DNA of 28,423 nucleotides from Candidatus Dormibacteraceae bacterium (GTDB lineage Bacteria > Chloroflexota > Dormibacteria > Dormibacterales > Dormibacteraceae). Positions 7,870-16,408 of the stretch are shown here, piece by piece; within the stretch, counting starts at the first letter, position 1, and every line of letters starts with the position of its first letter. The stretch spans positions 1 to 28,423 of the forward strand of contig JBGPOC010000001.1 in the NCBI GenBank assembly GCA_041487825.1, written 5' to 3'. The translations under genes were made by a program, and so were the position numbers. The notes under the pieces were generated by a model. The model did not search any database, was not told the DNA's origin, and was given only the letters and a program-made list of their open reading frames with translations.

Positions 7870-10104
7870 ATGGATCAACAACTGACCTGGACGTTCTCGG
7901 ACACCATCGCCGGCTACGTGACCACCGCTGACGTGCCGAACAAGAAGTTCGGGCTCAAGACGACCGACGGACGCGAATTCGAAGTCCATCTGACGCCCGC
8001 CACCTATGCGGAGGTGACGCGCAACCTCGGGGAGCCTTTCCAGGATCCGGGCTCCCCTCTCGAGACGCTGCTCACTCCCGACCGGTACCTGTTCGCCTAC
8101 GGCATCTTCTACCCGGAGCAGGGGGAGCTGCGGTTCGAGGCCAAGCGGCTGATCCTCACTGGCCGCGGCGAGCACGAATTCCGGGCCGAGGCCGCCGCCT
8201 GGTGGGTCGACCAGGTCCGGCAGCTCGCCGAGTTCTATTACAACGCCCAGTTCGCCAACGGAATCGTCGACTATCGCAACTACCGCACTCACCTGACCCT
8301 CGAGGGAAAGCAGATCGAGTCGACCAGGCAGGAGACGGACACGATCTCGCGCATGGTCTATGGATTCGCCACCGCCTACCTTCTCACCGGCGAGGACAAG
8401 TACCTTGAAGCAGCCGAGAAAGGCACCGAGTACCTGCGGGACCACATGCGCGCGGTCGACGAGAACGAGGGAATCGTCTACTGGTACCACGCCATGGACG
8501 TGCGGGGCGGGCGCGAGAGGAAGATCCTGGCCTCGCAGTTCGGCGACGACTACGACGCGATTCCGGCCTACGAGCAGATATATGCCCTGGCGGGCCCGAT
8601 CCAGACTTACCGGGTCACCGGGGATCCGCGCATCCTGCGCGACGCCGAGATGACTGTGGAGCTCTTCGATCGGTTCTTCAAGGACAAGGAGAAGGGCGGC
8701 TACTTCTCGCACATCGACCCGGTCGACTTCGACCCGCGCGCCGAATCCCTCGGCATGGACCGAGCCCGCAAGAACTGGAACTCTGTGGGCGACCACGCGC
8801 CTGCGTACCTGATCAACCTCTACCTTGCGACGGGTGAGGAGAAGTACGCCGACTTCCTCGCCTACACCGCGGACACCATCGAGGAGCGGTTCCGGGATTA
8901 CAAGCACAGCCCGTTCGTGCAGGAGAAGTTCTTCGAAGACTGGAGCCATGACTCCAAGTGGGGTTGGCAGCAGGATCGCGGCGTGGTCGGCCACAACCTA
9001 AAGATCGCCTGGAACCTCCTGCGCATCCATCACCTGCGCCCTCACGACAAGTACGTCGCATTCGCGCGCGAGATCGCCCGCATCATGCCAACCATTGGCA
9101 TGGATCGCCAGCGCAGCGGCTGGTACGACGTGATGGAGCGTCGCAAGGAAGAGGGTCAAGAGTGGCATCGCTACGTCTGGCACGATCGCAAAGCGTGGTG
9201 GCAGCAAGAGCAGGCCATCCTTGCCTACCTGATCATGCATGGGTCTCTCAAGGACCCCGAGTACCTGCGCCTGGCTCGTGAATCGGTCGCTTTCTACAAC
9301 GCGTTCTTCCCAGACCACGACAACGGCGGCGTTTACTTCAACGTCCTCGCCACCGGGGTTCCGTACCTGGAGGGCACCGAGCGGCTGAAGGGCAGCCACT
9401 CGATGTCCGGCTACCACTCCTTTGAGCTCTGCTACCTGGCGGCGATCTACACCAACCTGCTGATCACGCACCAGCCGATGGACTTCTACTTCAAGCCACA
9501 GCCGGGCGCTTTCAAGGACAACGTGCTTCGCGTCGCCCCAGACCTGCTCCCGCCGGGCAGCATCAGGATCGAGAGCGTCACCATCAACGGCGCCAACTGG
9601 ACCGAGTTCGACGCGGATGCGCTTACCGTCAACCTCCCGACGCTCGGGACCGAGGACCATCCGCTCGAGAAGCGGCCGGGCTGGGCCGGCAATCCCCAGC
9701 TGGCTTCGATCGCGACCCGAGAGCTGAAGATCAAGGTCAGGATCGTGCCTTCAGCGCTACTCTTCGACGCTTTCCTCAACATCGTTGACGGCACCGCGGA
9801 GCTCACCCTCGTCGGGGAGCTCAGCGACGCGGCCGAGCCCGCTTTCCGTGCTGAGCTCGACCGGCTCATCCCGGCCCGCCCGAAGCGGGTGGTGATCCGC
9901 GTGGAGAACCTGCGCACGATGTCCAACCGGTCTGCGCGCGCGCTCGACTTCGTGAGCGGCAAGCTCGCGCTGGACGACGACATCTACGTGGTGGGCGCCA
10001 ACGACGCGGTGAAGCGAACCCTCCAGGACGTTGGCATCTGGGAGGAGTTCAGGGCCATGGACACCTACGATTTAGCGGCCTTGACCGCGAAGTCGGAGGC
10101 CTAG
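7870..10104 (+). CDS. AGE/cellobiose 2-epimerase-like (alpha/alpha)6 barrel protein with an N-terminal extension and a C-terminal STAS domain
   Basis: ATG 7870 after a purine-rich stretch, 744 aa. GHNLKIAW, KAWWQQEQAILAY and GYHSFELCY resemble AGE-family motifs. The last ~115 aa (LTLVGELS...LDRL...KRVVIRVENLRTMS...VVGANDAVKRTLQDVG) follow the STAS pattern. Confidence 0.8.
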   Translation: MDQQLTWTFSDTIAGYVTTADVPNKKFGLKTTDGREFEVHLTPATYAEVTRNLGEPFQDPGSPLETLLTPDRYLFAYGIFYPEQGELRFEAKRLILTGRGEHEFRAEAAAWWVDQVRQLAEFYYNAQFANGIVDYRNYRTHLTLEGKQIESTRQETDTISRMVYGFATAYLLTGEDKYLEAAEKGTEYLRDHMRAVDENEGIVYWYHAMDVRGGRERKILASQFGDDYDAIPAYEQIYALAGPIQTYRVTGDPRILRDAEMTVELFDRFFKDKEKGGYFSHIDPVDFDPRAESLGMDRARKNWNSVGDHAPAYLINLYLATGEEKYADFLAYTADTIEERFRDYKHSPFVQEKFFEDWSHDSKWGWQQDRGVVGHNLKIAWNLLRIHHLRPHDKYVAFAREIARIMPTIGMDRQRSGWYDVMERRKEEGQEWHRYVWHDRKAWWQQEQAILAYLIMHGSLKDPEYLRLARESVAFYNAFFPDHDNGGVYFNVLATGVPYLEGTERLKGSHSMSGYHSFELCYLAAIYTNLLITHQPMDFYFKPQPGAFKDNVLRVAPDLLPPGSIRIESVTINGANWTEFDADALTVNLPTLGTEDHPLEKRPGWAGNPQLASIATRELKIKVRIVPSALLFDAFLNIVDGTAELTLVGELSDAAEPAFRAELDRLIPARPKRVVIRVENLRTMSNRSARALDFVSGKLALDDDIYVVGANDAVKRTLQDVGIWEEFRAMDTYDLAALTAKSEA

Positions 10105-10122
10105 CGACAGTATTGGTGGATT

Positions 10123-10168
10123 GACCCGGCGGCTTGGGGGCCCCGACACCCTCCAGGCCGGCCGGGTC
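10123..10168. terminator. GC-rich hairpin between convergent genes, probable bidirectional terminator
   Basis: GACCCGGC-GGCTTGGGGG pairs with CCCTCCAGGCC-G-GCCGGGTC (about 18 bp with one bulge and GU pairs). No U-tract. Confidence 0.6.
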
Positions 10169-10178
10169 GCCTGGCCGT

Positions 10179-10466
10179 CTACAGCTCCTTGGTTTCTACG
10201 GCCTCGACGATGCGTGCCTGGGGGTTTCTCATCACTCGCTGGCCGTCTCCGGTGCTCCAGACCCGGCGCATGGTGGCAAGGAGCCCCTCCGCCTCGTCCA
10301 AAGTGTCGAACTCGAGGTCGATCATGACGTAGTTGGGATCCTCAACCGACCGCAAGACTCGGTAGCGGCGAACACCTGAACCTTTGCGGTCGGCAGGATC
10401 GCTGTCAAAAGCTTGCTTCCAGCTGTCGAAGTCCGGAACGGCATGTTCAATCCGCAGGATTGGCAT
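10179..10466 (-). CDS. Small hypothetical protein, probable dimeric alpha+beta barrel
   Basis: AGGAG RBS, 95 aa. The H-x-V-x-DFDSWK..FD ... V.IDLEFD..EA pattern is typical of small ferredoxin-like barrel proteins. Confidence 0.7.
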   Translation of the reverse strand: MPILRIEHAVPDFDSWKQAFDSDPADRKGSGVRRYRVLRSVEDPNYVMIDLEFDTLDEAEGLLATMRRVWSTGDGQRVMRNPQARIVEAVETKEL

Positions 10467-10605
10467 CTAGCTCCTAAGTTTGCGCCATCTGCCCTGCCTT
10501 GACCGGGGCGCCGCCCGGACGCCGGTCTGAAACGTAACCCTCCATTCCCATGGCCTGGGGACCGTGCCTCAGCATGGCGACTTCTCGCGGTGCCTCGGTT
10601 ACACC

Positions 10606-12534
10606 ATGAGCATGGGGCGGAATGCTCTTCAAGCCGACCTGCCCGCTTCCAGGACCCTGGTTGAGATCCCGGGCGCGGCCCTCGAGACGGACGTCCGGGT
10701 GGCGCCGCCGAGGTTCTCGGTGCTCCCGACGGGCCCAGTCGATGAGCTTGGCCGTACCCGCAAGAACGTTCGGTTTGGCCGGATCGCCGGCTGGCTCGGG
10801 TCTCGCAGGGCATCTACCCTGCTCGCGTTCCTGGCCATCTTCACCATGGGGCCCCTCATCCTGCTCTCCGCCCTGAGCGTCAACTCGACCTATTCGACGC
10901 TCACCCAGGCTGCCAAGGTGAGGCTCGCCGACGCGAGCGCTCTGGTCTCCGTCTACGTCAACGCCACCATGTCTGCCCGCGCAGACCTGGAAGACTCCTA
11001 CGCCGCCCGGCGTTCGCTGATCGCTGCACTGAAGGACGGCAACCACGTCAACTACGACAAGCCTGTCATCCTCGATGCCCTCTCCGGAATCCGGGCCATC
11101 CAATCGGACACCCGGTTCGCCGGCATCGTCGACGCCGCAGGCACGTATTGGGGCGACCAGGACCCGGTGGGGCCGGCAAGCGCGCTCGGACAGAACTTCA
11201 GCGCTAAGGATTGGTACCAGGGCACCGCCAGAACGGGTGTGGCTTACGTTTCGGCTGCGTATGTGTCAGCCGACCAGGGCGCTCCTCTCGTAGTCGCGAT
11301 CGCCGATCCCGTGAAGGCGGATGGGCGCTATGCGCCGGCCGGCCAGGTCGTCGGGATCCTCGTCGTCGGCTACGAGCTCAACACCACGCAGCGGCTGTTC
11401 TCCGATTTCGCCCGTGATCGCGGCGTGTTGGTAGAGGTGACAGATCAGAAAGGGACAGTTGTGGCGGGCGGCGGGGCCGTTCCCACGCGGCTCGTGCAGG
11501 ACACGAGCGCAGGCGTGGCCGGCGCGCTCAAAGGCAAGAGCTCTATTGCTTCCGTGAGCAGCAACGGCCAGGATGCTTTCGCGGCATATTCGCCCGTCGC
11601 CGACATCGGCTGGACCGTCGTGACGAGCGTGCTTGCTTCCGTCGCTCTCGCCGATGCCAACCGCCTGCGAGCGTACGTGGTCGGCATCACGATTGTCCTT
11701 CTGGCGCTCTTGGCCGCAGCCAAGCTCACCGTGTACCTGGTCTTCCGCGACCGGCAGGCGATCAACATGGCCCTGACCGGAGCGAACAGTGGCCTGTACC
11801 AGAAGGTGGTGGCCCGGACCGCGGAGCTCGAGGCGAGCAATCGCGAGCTCGAGGCCTTTAGCTACAGCGTCTCTCACGATCTCCGGAGCCCGCTGCGGGC
11901 CATCGACGGGTTCTCTCGCCTGATGCTCGAAGAGGAGCGCGCGGGGCTCTCGTCAGAAGCAGCCAGGAGGCTCGGTCTCATTCGTGCCGGCGCCCAGCAG
12001 ATGGGAAGCCTGATCGACGATCTGCTCAGCTTCTCGCGGCTCGGCCGCGTGGAGCTGAAGAAGCGGCGTGTCTACACCACCGACCTCGTCAACGAGGTGA
12101 TGGGCGAAATCAAGCTGGAGAGTCCCGAGCGGCACATCGATTTCGTGGTTGGGGATCTACCCCCTTGTCACGCTGACCCCGTCCTGCTGAAGCAGGTGTT
12201 CAGGAACCTTCTGGGTAACGCCGCGAAGTTCACTCTCCCGCGCCCCGCCGGGCGCATCGAGGTTGGTGGCATCGCAAGCACGAATGAATCGAAGGGAATG
12301 GTCACCTACTTCGTCAAGGACAACGGCGTCGGCTTTGACATGCGCTATAGCGACAAGCTCTTCGGGGTGTTTCAGCGCCTGCACCGGATGGAGGACTTCC
12401 CCGGCACGGGTGTCGGGCTCGCCCTGGTCAGACGAATCGTCGAACGTCATGGCGGAAAGGTCTGGGCCGAAAGCGTAGTGGATGCGGGAGCGACCTTCTA
12501 TCTAACTCTGGAGGACGGAAATGCAAGAACCTGA
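10606..12534 (+). CDS. Membrane sensor histidine kinase with a Cache-type extracellular domain (start uncertain)
   Basis: Two TM segments flank a Cache-like region (KDWYQ...YVSAAYVS...VAIADPV). H-box [14 protein letters not shown]-box [15 protein letters not shown] and GTGVGL. Confidence 0.9.
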   Translation: MSMGRNALQADLPASRTLVEIPGAALETDVRVAPPRFSVLPTGPVDELGRTRKNVRFGRIAGWLGSRRASTLLAFLAIFTMGPLILLSALSVNSTYSTLTQAAKVRLADASALVSVYVNATMSARADLEDSYAARRSLIAALKDGNHVNYDKPVILDALSGIRAIQSDTRFAGIVDAAGTYWGDQDPVGPASALGQNFSAKDWYQGTARTGVAYVSAAYVSADQGAPLVVAIADPVKADGRYAPAGQVVGILVVGYELNTTQRLFSDFARDRGVLVEVTDQKGTVVAGGGAVPTRLVQDTSAGVAGALKGKSSIASVSSNGQDAFAAYSPVADIGWTVVTSVLASVALADANRLRAYVVGITIVLLALLAAAKLTVYLVFRDRQAINMALTGANSGLYQKVVARTAELEASNRELEAFSYSVSHDLRSPLRAIDGFSRLMLEEERAGLSSEAARRLGLIRAGAQQMGSLIDDLLSFSRLGRVELKKRRVYTTDLVNEVMGEIKLESPERHIDFVVGDLPPCHADPVLLKQVFRNLLGNAAKFTLPRPAGRIEVGGIASTNESKGMVTYFVKDNGVGFDMRYSDKLFGVFQRLHRMEDFPGTGVGLALVRRIVERHGGKVWAESVVDAGATFYLTLEDGNART

Positions 12535-12970
12535 AGCGGTCGAAATCCTGCTGGTCGAGGACAACCCGAATGACGTCGAGCTCACGCTCCACGCCCTGAG
12601 GGCGAGCCGCCTGGCCAATGACATCAAGGTCGTGCGCGATGGGGCAGAGGCGCTCGACTTCATCATGTGCCGAGGGCCTCACGCCGACCGCGACATCAAC
12701 AGCGGCCCCAAAGTGATCCTGCTCGACCTGAAGCTGCCCAAGATCGACGGGATCGAAGTCCTGCGCCAGACCAAGGGTGATCCGCGGACGAAGATGATCC
12801 CGATCGTGGTCCTGACCTCATCGGCGCAGGACCGAGACATCGTCGAAAGCTACGAGCTCGGCGTCAACAGCTACATCACGAAGCCGGTCGACTTCCAGCA
12901 GTTCACGGAGGCGGTGCACAACCTGGGCCTCTACTGGCTCGTCTACAACCAGCCACCGCACAAGGTCTGA
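12521..12970 (+). CDS. Stand-alone response regulator (receiver only, Rcp-like)
   Basis: LLVEDN, LLDLKLP (phospho-Asp), VLTSS and YITKP. Overlaps the kinase stop. Confidence 0.92.
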   Translation: MQEPEAVEILLVEDNPNDVELTLHALRASRLANDIKVVRDGAEALDFIMCRGPHADRDINSGPKVILLDLKLPKIDGIEVLRQTKGDPRTKMIPIVVLTSSAQDRDIVESYELGVNSYITKPVDFQQFTEAVHNLGLYWLVYNQPPHKV

Positions 12971-12972
12971 AG

Positions 12973-14928
12973 TTGCAGGCTCCCCTTCGCGTCCTGATAG
13001 TCGAAGACGTCCCCACCGACGCTGAGCTCATGTGCGCCCAGCTCCGGCGGAGCGGACATACCGTCGACTGGACGCGCGTCGACACGGAGTCGGCGTTTCG
13101 ATCCGCCTTGAATGAGCGGTTCGACGTGGTGCTGAGCGACTGCAGCCTGCCCAGCTTCAGCGCATCCCTCGCTCTCCAGATCGTCCGTGAATCCGGCCTG
13201 GACGTGCCCTTCATCGTGGTTTCCGGCACAGTCGGCGAAGAGACCGCGGCTGGGCTCATGCGTGAGGGCGCGGCGGACTACGTCCTGAAGGACAGGCCCA
13301 GCCGGCTCGGCATGGCCGTCTCCAGGGCGATGGCCGAGGCGGAGGTGCGGCGCGACCGTGAGCGCGCCCTCGACGGACTCCGACGCTCGGAGGCCCGTTT
13401 CCGCGCCCTGTTCGAATCCAACGTGATCGGGATCATCGTGGCCGACCGCGCCGGGCGGATCGTGGAGGCGAACAGCTACTTCCTCTCGATGGTCGGTCGC
13501 CCCCTCCGGGACCTACCCATGGATTGGGCGGCGATGACCCCCGATGAGTTCAAGTCGAAGGACCGCGAGGCCCTGAACGAGCTGGAGCTCCACGGCCGGG
13601 CCACACCGTGGGCGAGTGAATTCCTGGACGGGGACTCGAACCGGGTGCCGATCCTGATGGGAGGCGCAAAGCTCCCTGATGACACCATGGTTTGTTTCGT
13701 CGTCGACATGACCGAGATGAAGGCGGTCCAGGCCAATCTCGAGCAGGCGAAATCACAGCTCGAGGACGCGATCAATCAACTCAAGCAGACCCAGGACACG
13801 GTCATCGCCGAGGAGCGCCTGCACGCCCTCGGGCAGATGGCCGCGGGCATCGCTCACGACTTCAACAACTACCTCAGCCCGATCATCGGGCTCAGCGAGC
13901 TCATCCTCACACGGCCGCGTCTGATCGATGAGCACGAAAAGGTCCTCAAGTTCCTGCGCGCGATCCACCAGGCGGGCCTGGACGCCGCCCTGGTGGTGCG
14001 ACGTCTGCGCGAGTACTACCGCACCGCGGATGTCGACGACCAGGTGGAGGTGATCGATCTCAAGCAGGTGGTCGAGCAGACCATCGAGCTGACCCAGTCC
14101 AGGTGGGGCGACCAGTCGCAGTCCACGGATGCGAGATACCGCATCACGACCAACCTGCAGAGCGCCGGCGTGTCGGGTCGCGCCTCGGAGCTTCGCCAGA
14201 TGCTGGTGAACCTGATCTTCAATGCCCTTGACGCGATGCCGAACGGAGGGGAGCTCTCCCTGACGATCGAGTCCGACGCCGAGCGGCCCGCAATCGTCCA
14301 CCTCGAGGTGAACGACACCGGCGTCGGAATGACTCCCGAGGTTCGGAAGCGCTGCCTCGAGCCCTTCTTCACCACCAAGGGGGCATCCGGCACCGGGCTG
14401 GGGTTGGCGACCGCGTACGGGATAGTCAAGCGCCATCACGGCGACATCCAGATCGAGAGCGAGGTTGAGCAGGGCACCCGCGTCGTCATCACGCTCCCCA
14501 TGGTCCCGATGGACAGCCTGGTGTCCACACCGAAGCAGAAGAGCCGGACGCCGGCCATGCACATCCTTGTGGTCGACGACGAAGAGATGGTCCGCAACGT
14601 GCTTGCCGAGTACCTGCGGGTGGACGGGCACGATGTGGACCTGGCGGAAGGCCCCACGGTCGGGCTCCGCATGATCAACGATGGACAGTACGACCTGATC
14701 ATCACCGATCGGGCCATGCCCGAGATGAGCGGCGACCAGCTCGCGCTCAAGGCCAAGCAGATGGCGCCGCATGTTCCGATCCTCATGCTGACCGGATTCG
14801 GCGACTTCATGATCGCGAAGGGAGAGCATCCAACCGGCGTGGACGCGGTGATAGGCAAGCCGATCACCATCGACGCCTTGCGCGAAGCGATCGAGGACGT
14901 CACGGTGGCGCGAGTCCCGGTTTCCTGA
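12973..14928 (+). CDS. Hybrid sensor kinase REC-PAS-HisKA-HATPase-REC
   Basis: TTG start 2 nt after the upstream stop. N-terminal REC (VEDV, LSDC, VLKD), PAS-like segment, H-box IAHDFNN, NLIFNALDAM, DTGVGM, GTGLGL and a C-terminal REC (VDDE, ITDRAMP, IGKP). Confidence 0.9.
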   Translation: MQAPLRVLIVEDVPTDAELMCAQLRRSGHTVDWTRVDTESAFRSALNERFDVVLSDCSLPSFSASLALQIVRESGLDVPFIVVSGTVGEETAAGLMREGAADYVLKDRPSRLGMAVSRAMAEAEVRRDRERALDGLRRSEARFRALFESNVIGIIVADRAGRIVEANSYFLSMVGRPLRDLPMDWAAMTPDEFKSKDREALNELELHGRATPWASEFLDGDSNRVPILMGGAKLPDDTMVCFVVDMTEMKAVQANLEQAKSQLEDAINQLKQTQDTVIAEERLHALGQMAAGIAHDFNNYLSPIIGLSELILTRPRLIDEHEKVLKFLRAIHQAGLDAALVVRRLREYYRTADVDDQVEVIDLKQVVEQTIELTQSRWGDQSQSTDARYRITTNLQSAGVSGRASELRQMLVNLIFNALDAMPNGGELSLTIESDAERPAIVHLEVNDTGVGMTPEVRKRCLEPFFTTKGASGTGLGLATAYGIVKRHHGDIQIESEVEQGTRVVITLPMVPMDSLVSTPKQKSRTPAMHILVVDDEEMVRNVLAEYLRVDGHDVDLAEGPTVGLRMINDGQYDLIITDRAMPEMSGDQLALKAKQMAPHVPILMLTGFGDFMIAKGEHPTGVDAVIGKPITIDALREAIEDVTVARVPVS

Positions 14929-14935
14929 CGTGAGG

Positions 14936-14967
14936 GGCCGCGCGGCATCCCTGGTGCTCGCGCGGCC
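14936..14967. terminator. Hairpin between convergent genes
   Basis: GGCCGCGCG (14936-14944) and CGCGCGGCC (14959-14967) form a perfect 9-bp stem, extended by GCATC/GGTGC. Confidence 0.6.
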
Positions 14968-14981
14968 GACCATGTTGGTGG

Positions 14982-15299
14982 TTACTGCTTGGGAGCCGCC
15001 GGCTGCTTGAAGGCCTTCTCGATCTCGTCTCCGACCTCGTGGAAGGTCTCCGCCAGCGCCGAGCCGAATGATCGTGCCGCCCGCTTTGTGCTCGCGCGCA
15101 CCTCGGGGTCACGAGTCGCGGTGTCGAGCGAGCCGAAGAACGCTTCGGCCGACTGCCCGAGCTGGCGCAGCGAGCGGTTTATCTCGGCCGCCTGCTTTTC
15201 GTCCGTGCTGTCCCTGTAGTTCCGGCGCACCTCGGCGGCCAGCGTCTTCATGTCCGCCTGGAAGCGATCCCAAGCCTCAGTCCTGTGGGTGTCTGTCAT
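14982..15299 (-). CDS. Hypothetical amphipathic all-helical protein
   Basis: GGAGGAGG RBS before ATG 15299, 105 aa (MTDTHRTEAWDRFQADMK...). Confidence 0.7.
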   Translation of the reverse strand: MTDTHRTEAWDRFQADMKTLAAEVRRNYRDSTDEKQAAEINRSLRQLGQSAEAFFGSLDTATRDPEVRASTKRAARSFGSALAETFHEVGDEIEKAFKQPAAPKQ

Positions 15300-15457
15300 T
15301 TTTCTGAACCTCCTCCACATGAGGTTAGCTGGGCTTTGTCCGAGCCGCCGGGGCGGGATGGCCCGCCTTCCGGGGGCCAATCGCCTCCAGCGGGATCCAG
15401 CGCAGCGAGGCATTGTATTCATCGATGAGGGCAGCTCTTCTGAACCGGAGGCGATGA

Positions 15458-15832
15458 ATGGGTGACCAGGGCGTCCAGACGAAAACTCGCACCCGCTATC
15501 GCAATCGAGGCTGCGGTTGCGGCTGTGGCGGGTTCCTCTTCGTGCTCACAGTTGGCATCCTGTTGAGCCTGTTCAACACCGGAATCGGCATCGGGGTGTC
15601 GGTGCGAATTCCTGGCACCACCAGCAATCTGACCGTCGCCGGCTCGGTGGGCGCGAAGGACAAAGCCCTCCGAGCTCTGCCGGATTACACCGAAGGCAGG
15701 CTGGGCGGAAACCAGAACTTCATCAACAACTCGACGACCATGACCATAGGACCGGCCGAAGGCGCGGCGATGGTGATCCTGGGACGGCAGGCCGGAGCGC
15801 CCGCGGTCGACCTGCACCTCGATTTGAGATAG
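15458..15832 (+). CDS. Hypothetical membrane-anchored protein with a GCGCGCGG motif
   Basis: GGAGG RBS. A basic N-terminus and Cys/Gly repeat precede a hydrophobic segment. Confidence 0.65.
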   Translation: MGDQGVQTKTRTRYRNRGCGCGCGGFLFVLTVGILLSLFNTGIGIGVSVRIPGTTSNLTVAGSVGAKDKALRALPDYTEGRLGGNQNFINNSTTMTIGPAEGAAMVILGRQAGAPAVDLHLDLR

Positions 15833-15919
15833 GCCAAAGGGGCAGCGGATCTGGGGTCTAAAGCCTCAGGTCCCGGGCCCCGGGGCGGTCCAGCCTTCAA
15901 GACGGAGGTGGACCAACCG

Positions 15920-16402
15920 ATGTCTTACTTGAAAACCCGGATCGGACTCGTGGCGCTCGAAGCGATCCTGGCCCTCACGGCAATCGTCAGCGCGTTCACC
16001 GTCATCCCCAACCTGCCGCCCGATTGGATCAAGGGCTCTGTATTCTCCGACTACACGATCCCCGCGCTCGCGCTTGGCGTCCTCGTCGGCGGCAGCGCAG
16101 CCTTCGCCGCGCTGGCAGTGGTCTTCAAGCCCACGTTGGGAGCGGCGGCGTCGGTCGTGGCCGGCCTGATGATCATCGGTTTCGAGCTCGTCGAGATCGT
16201 CGTCGTCGGATTCACGCTCGTGACCTACGGCCCCGGTGTGCCGCAGGCATGGCTGCAGATCGTGTTCATCGCGCTTGGCGCTGCGATCTCGATCCTGGGC
16301 ACCCGCCTGTGGTTGGCCCACGGCGGCCGCATCCCGCCGTTCCGCGCAGGCCAGTCGTCACAAGCGGCGCGCCGTACGACCGTCGCAGGCCGGGGCCTGT
16401 AA
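15920..16402 (+). CDS. Hypothetical integral membrane protein (about 4 TM)
   Basis: GGAGG at 15904-15908 and four hydrophobic segments. GTG 15908 is an alternative start. Confidence 0.7.
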   Translation: MSYLKTRIGLVALEAILALTAIVSAFTVIPNLPPDWIKGSVFSDYTIPALALGVLVGGSAAFAALAVVFKPTLGAAASVVAGLMIIGFELVEIVVVGFTLVTYGPGVPQAWLQIVFIALGAAISILGTRLWLAHGGRIPPFRAGQSSQAARRTTVAGRGL

Positions 16403-16408
16403 CACCAC

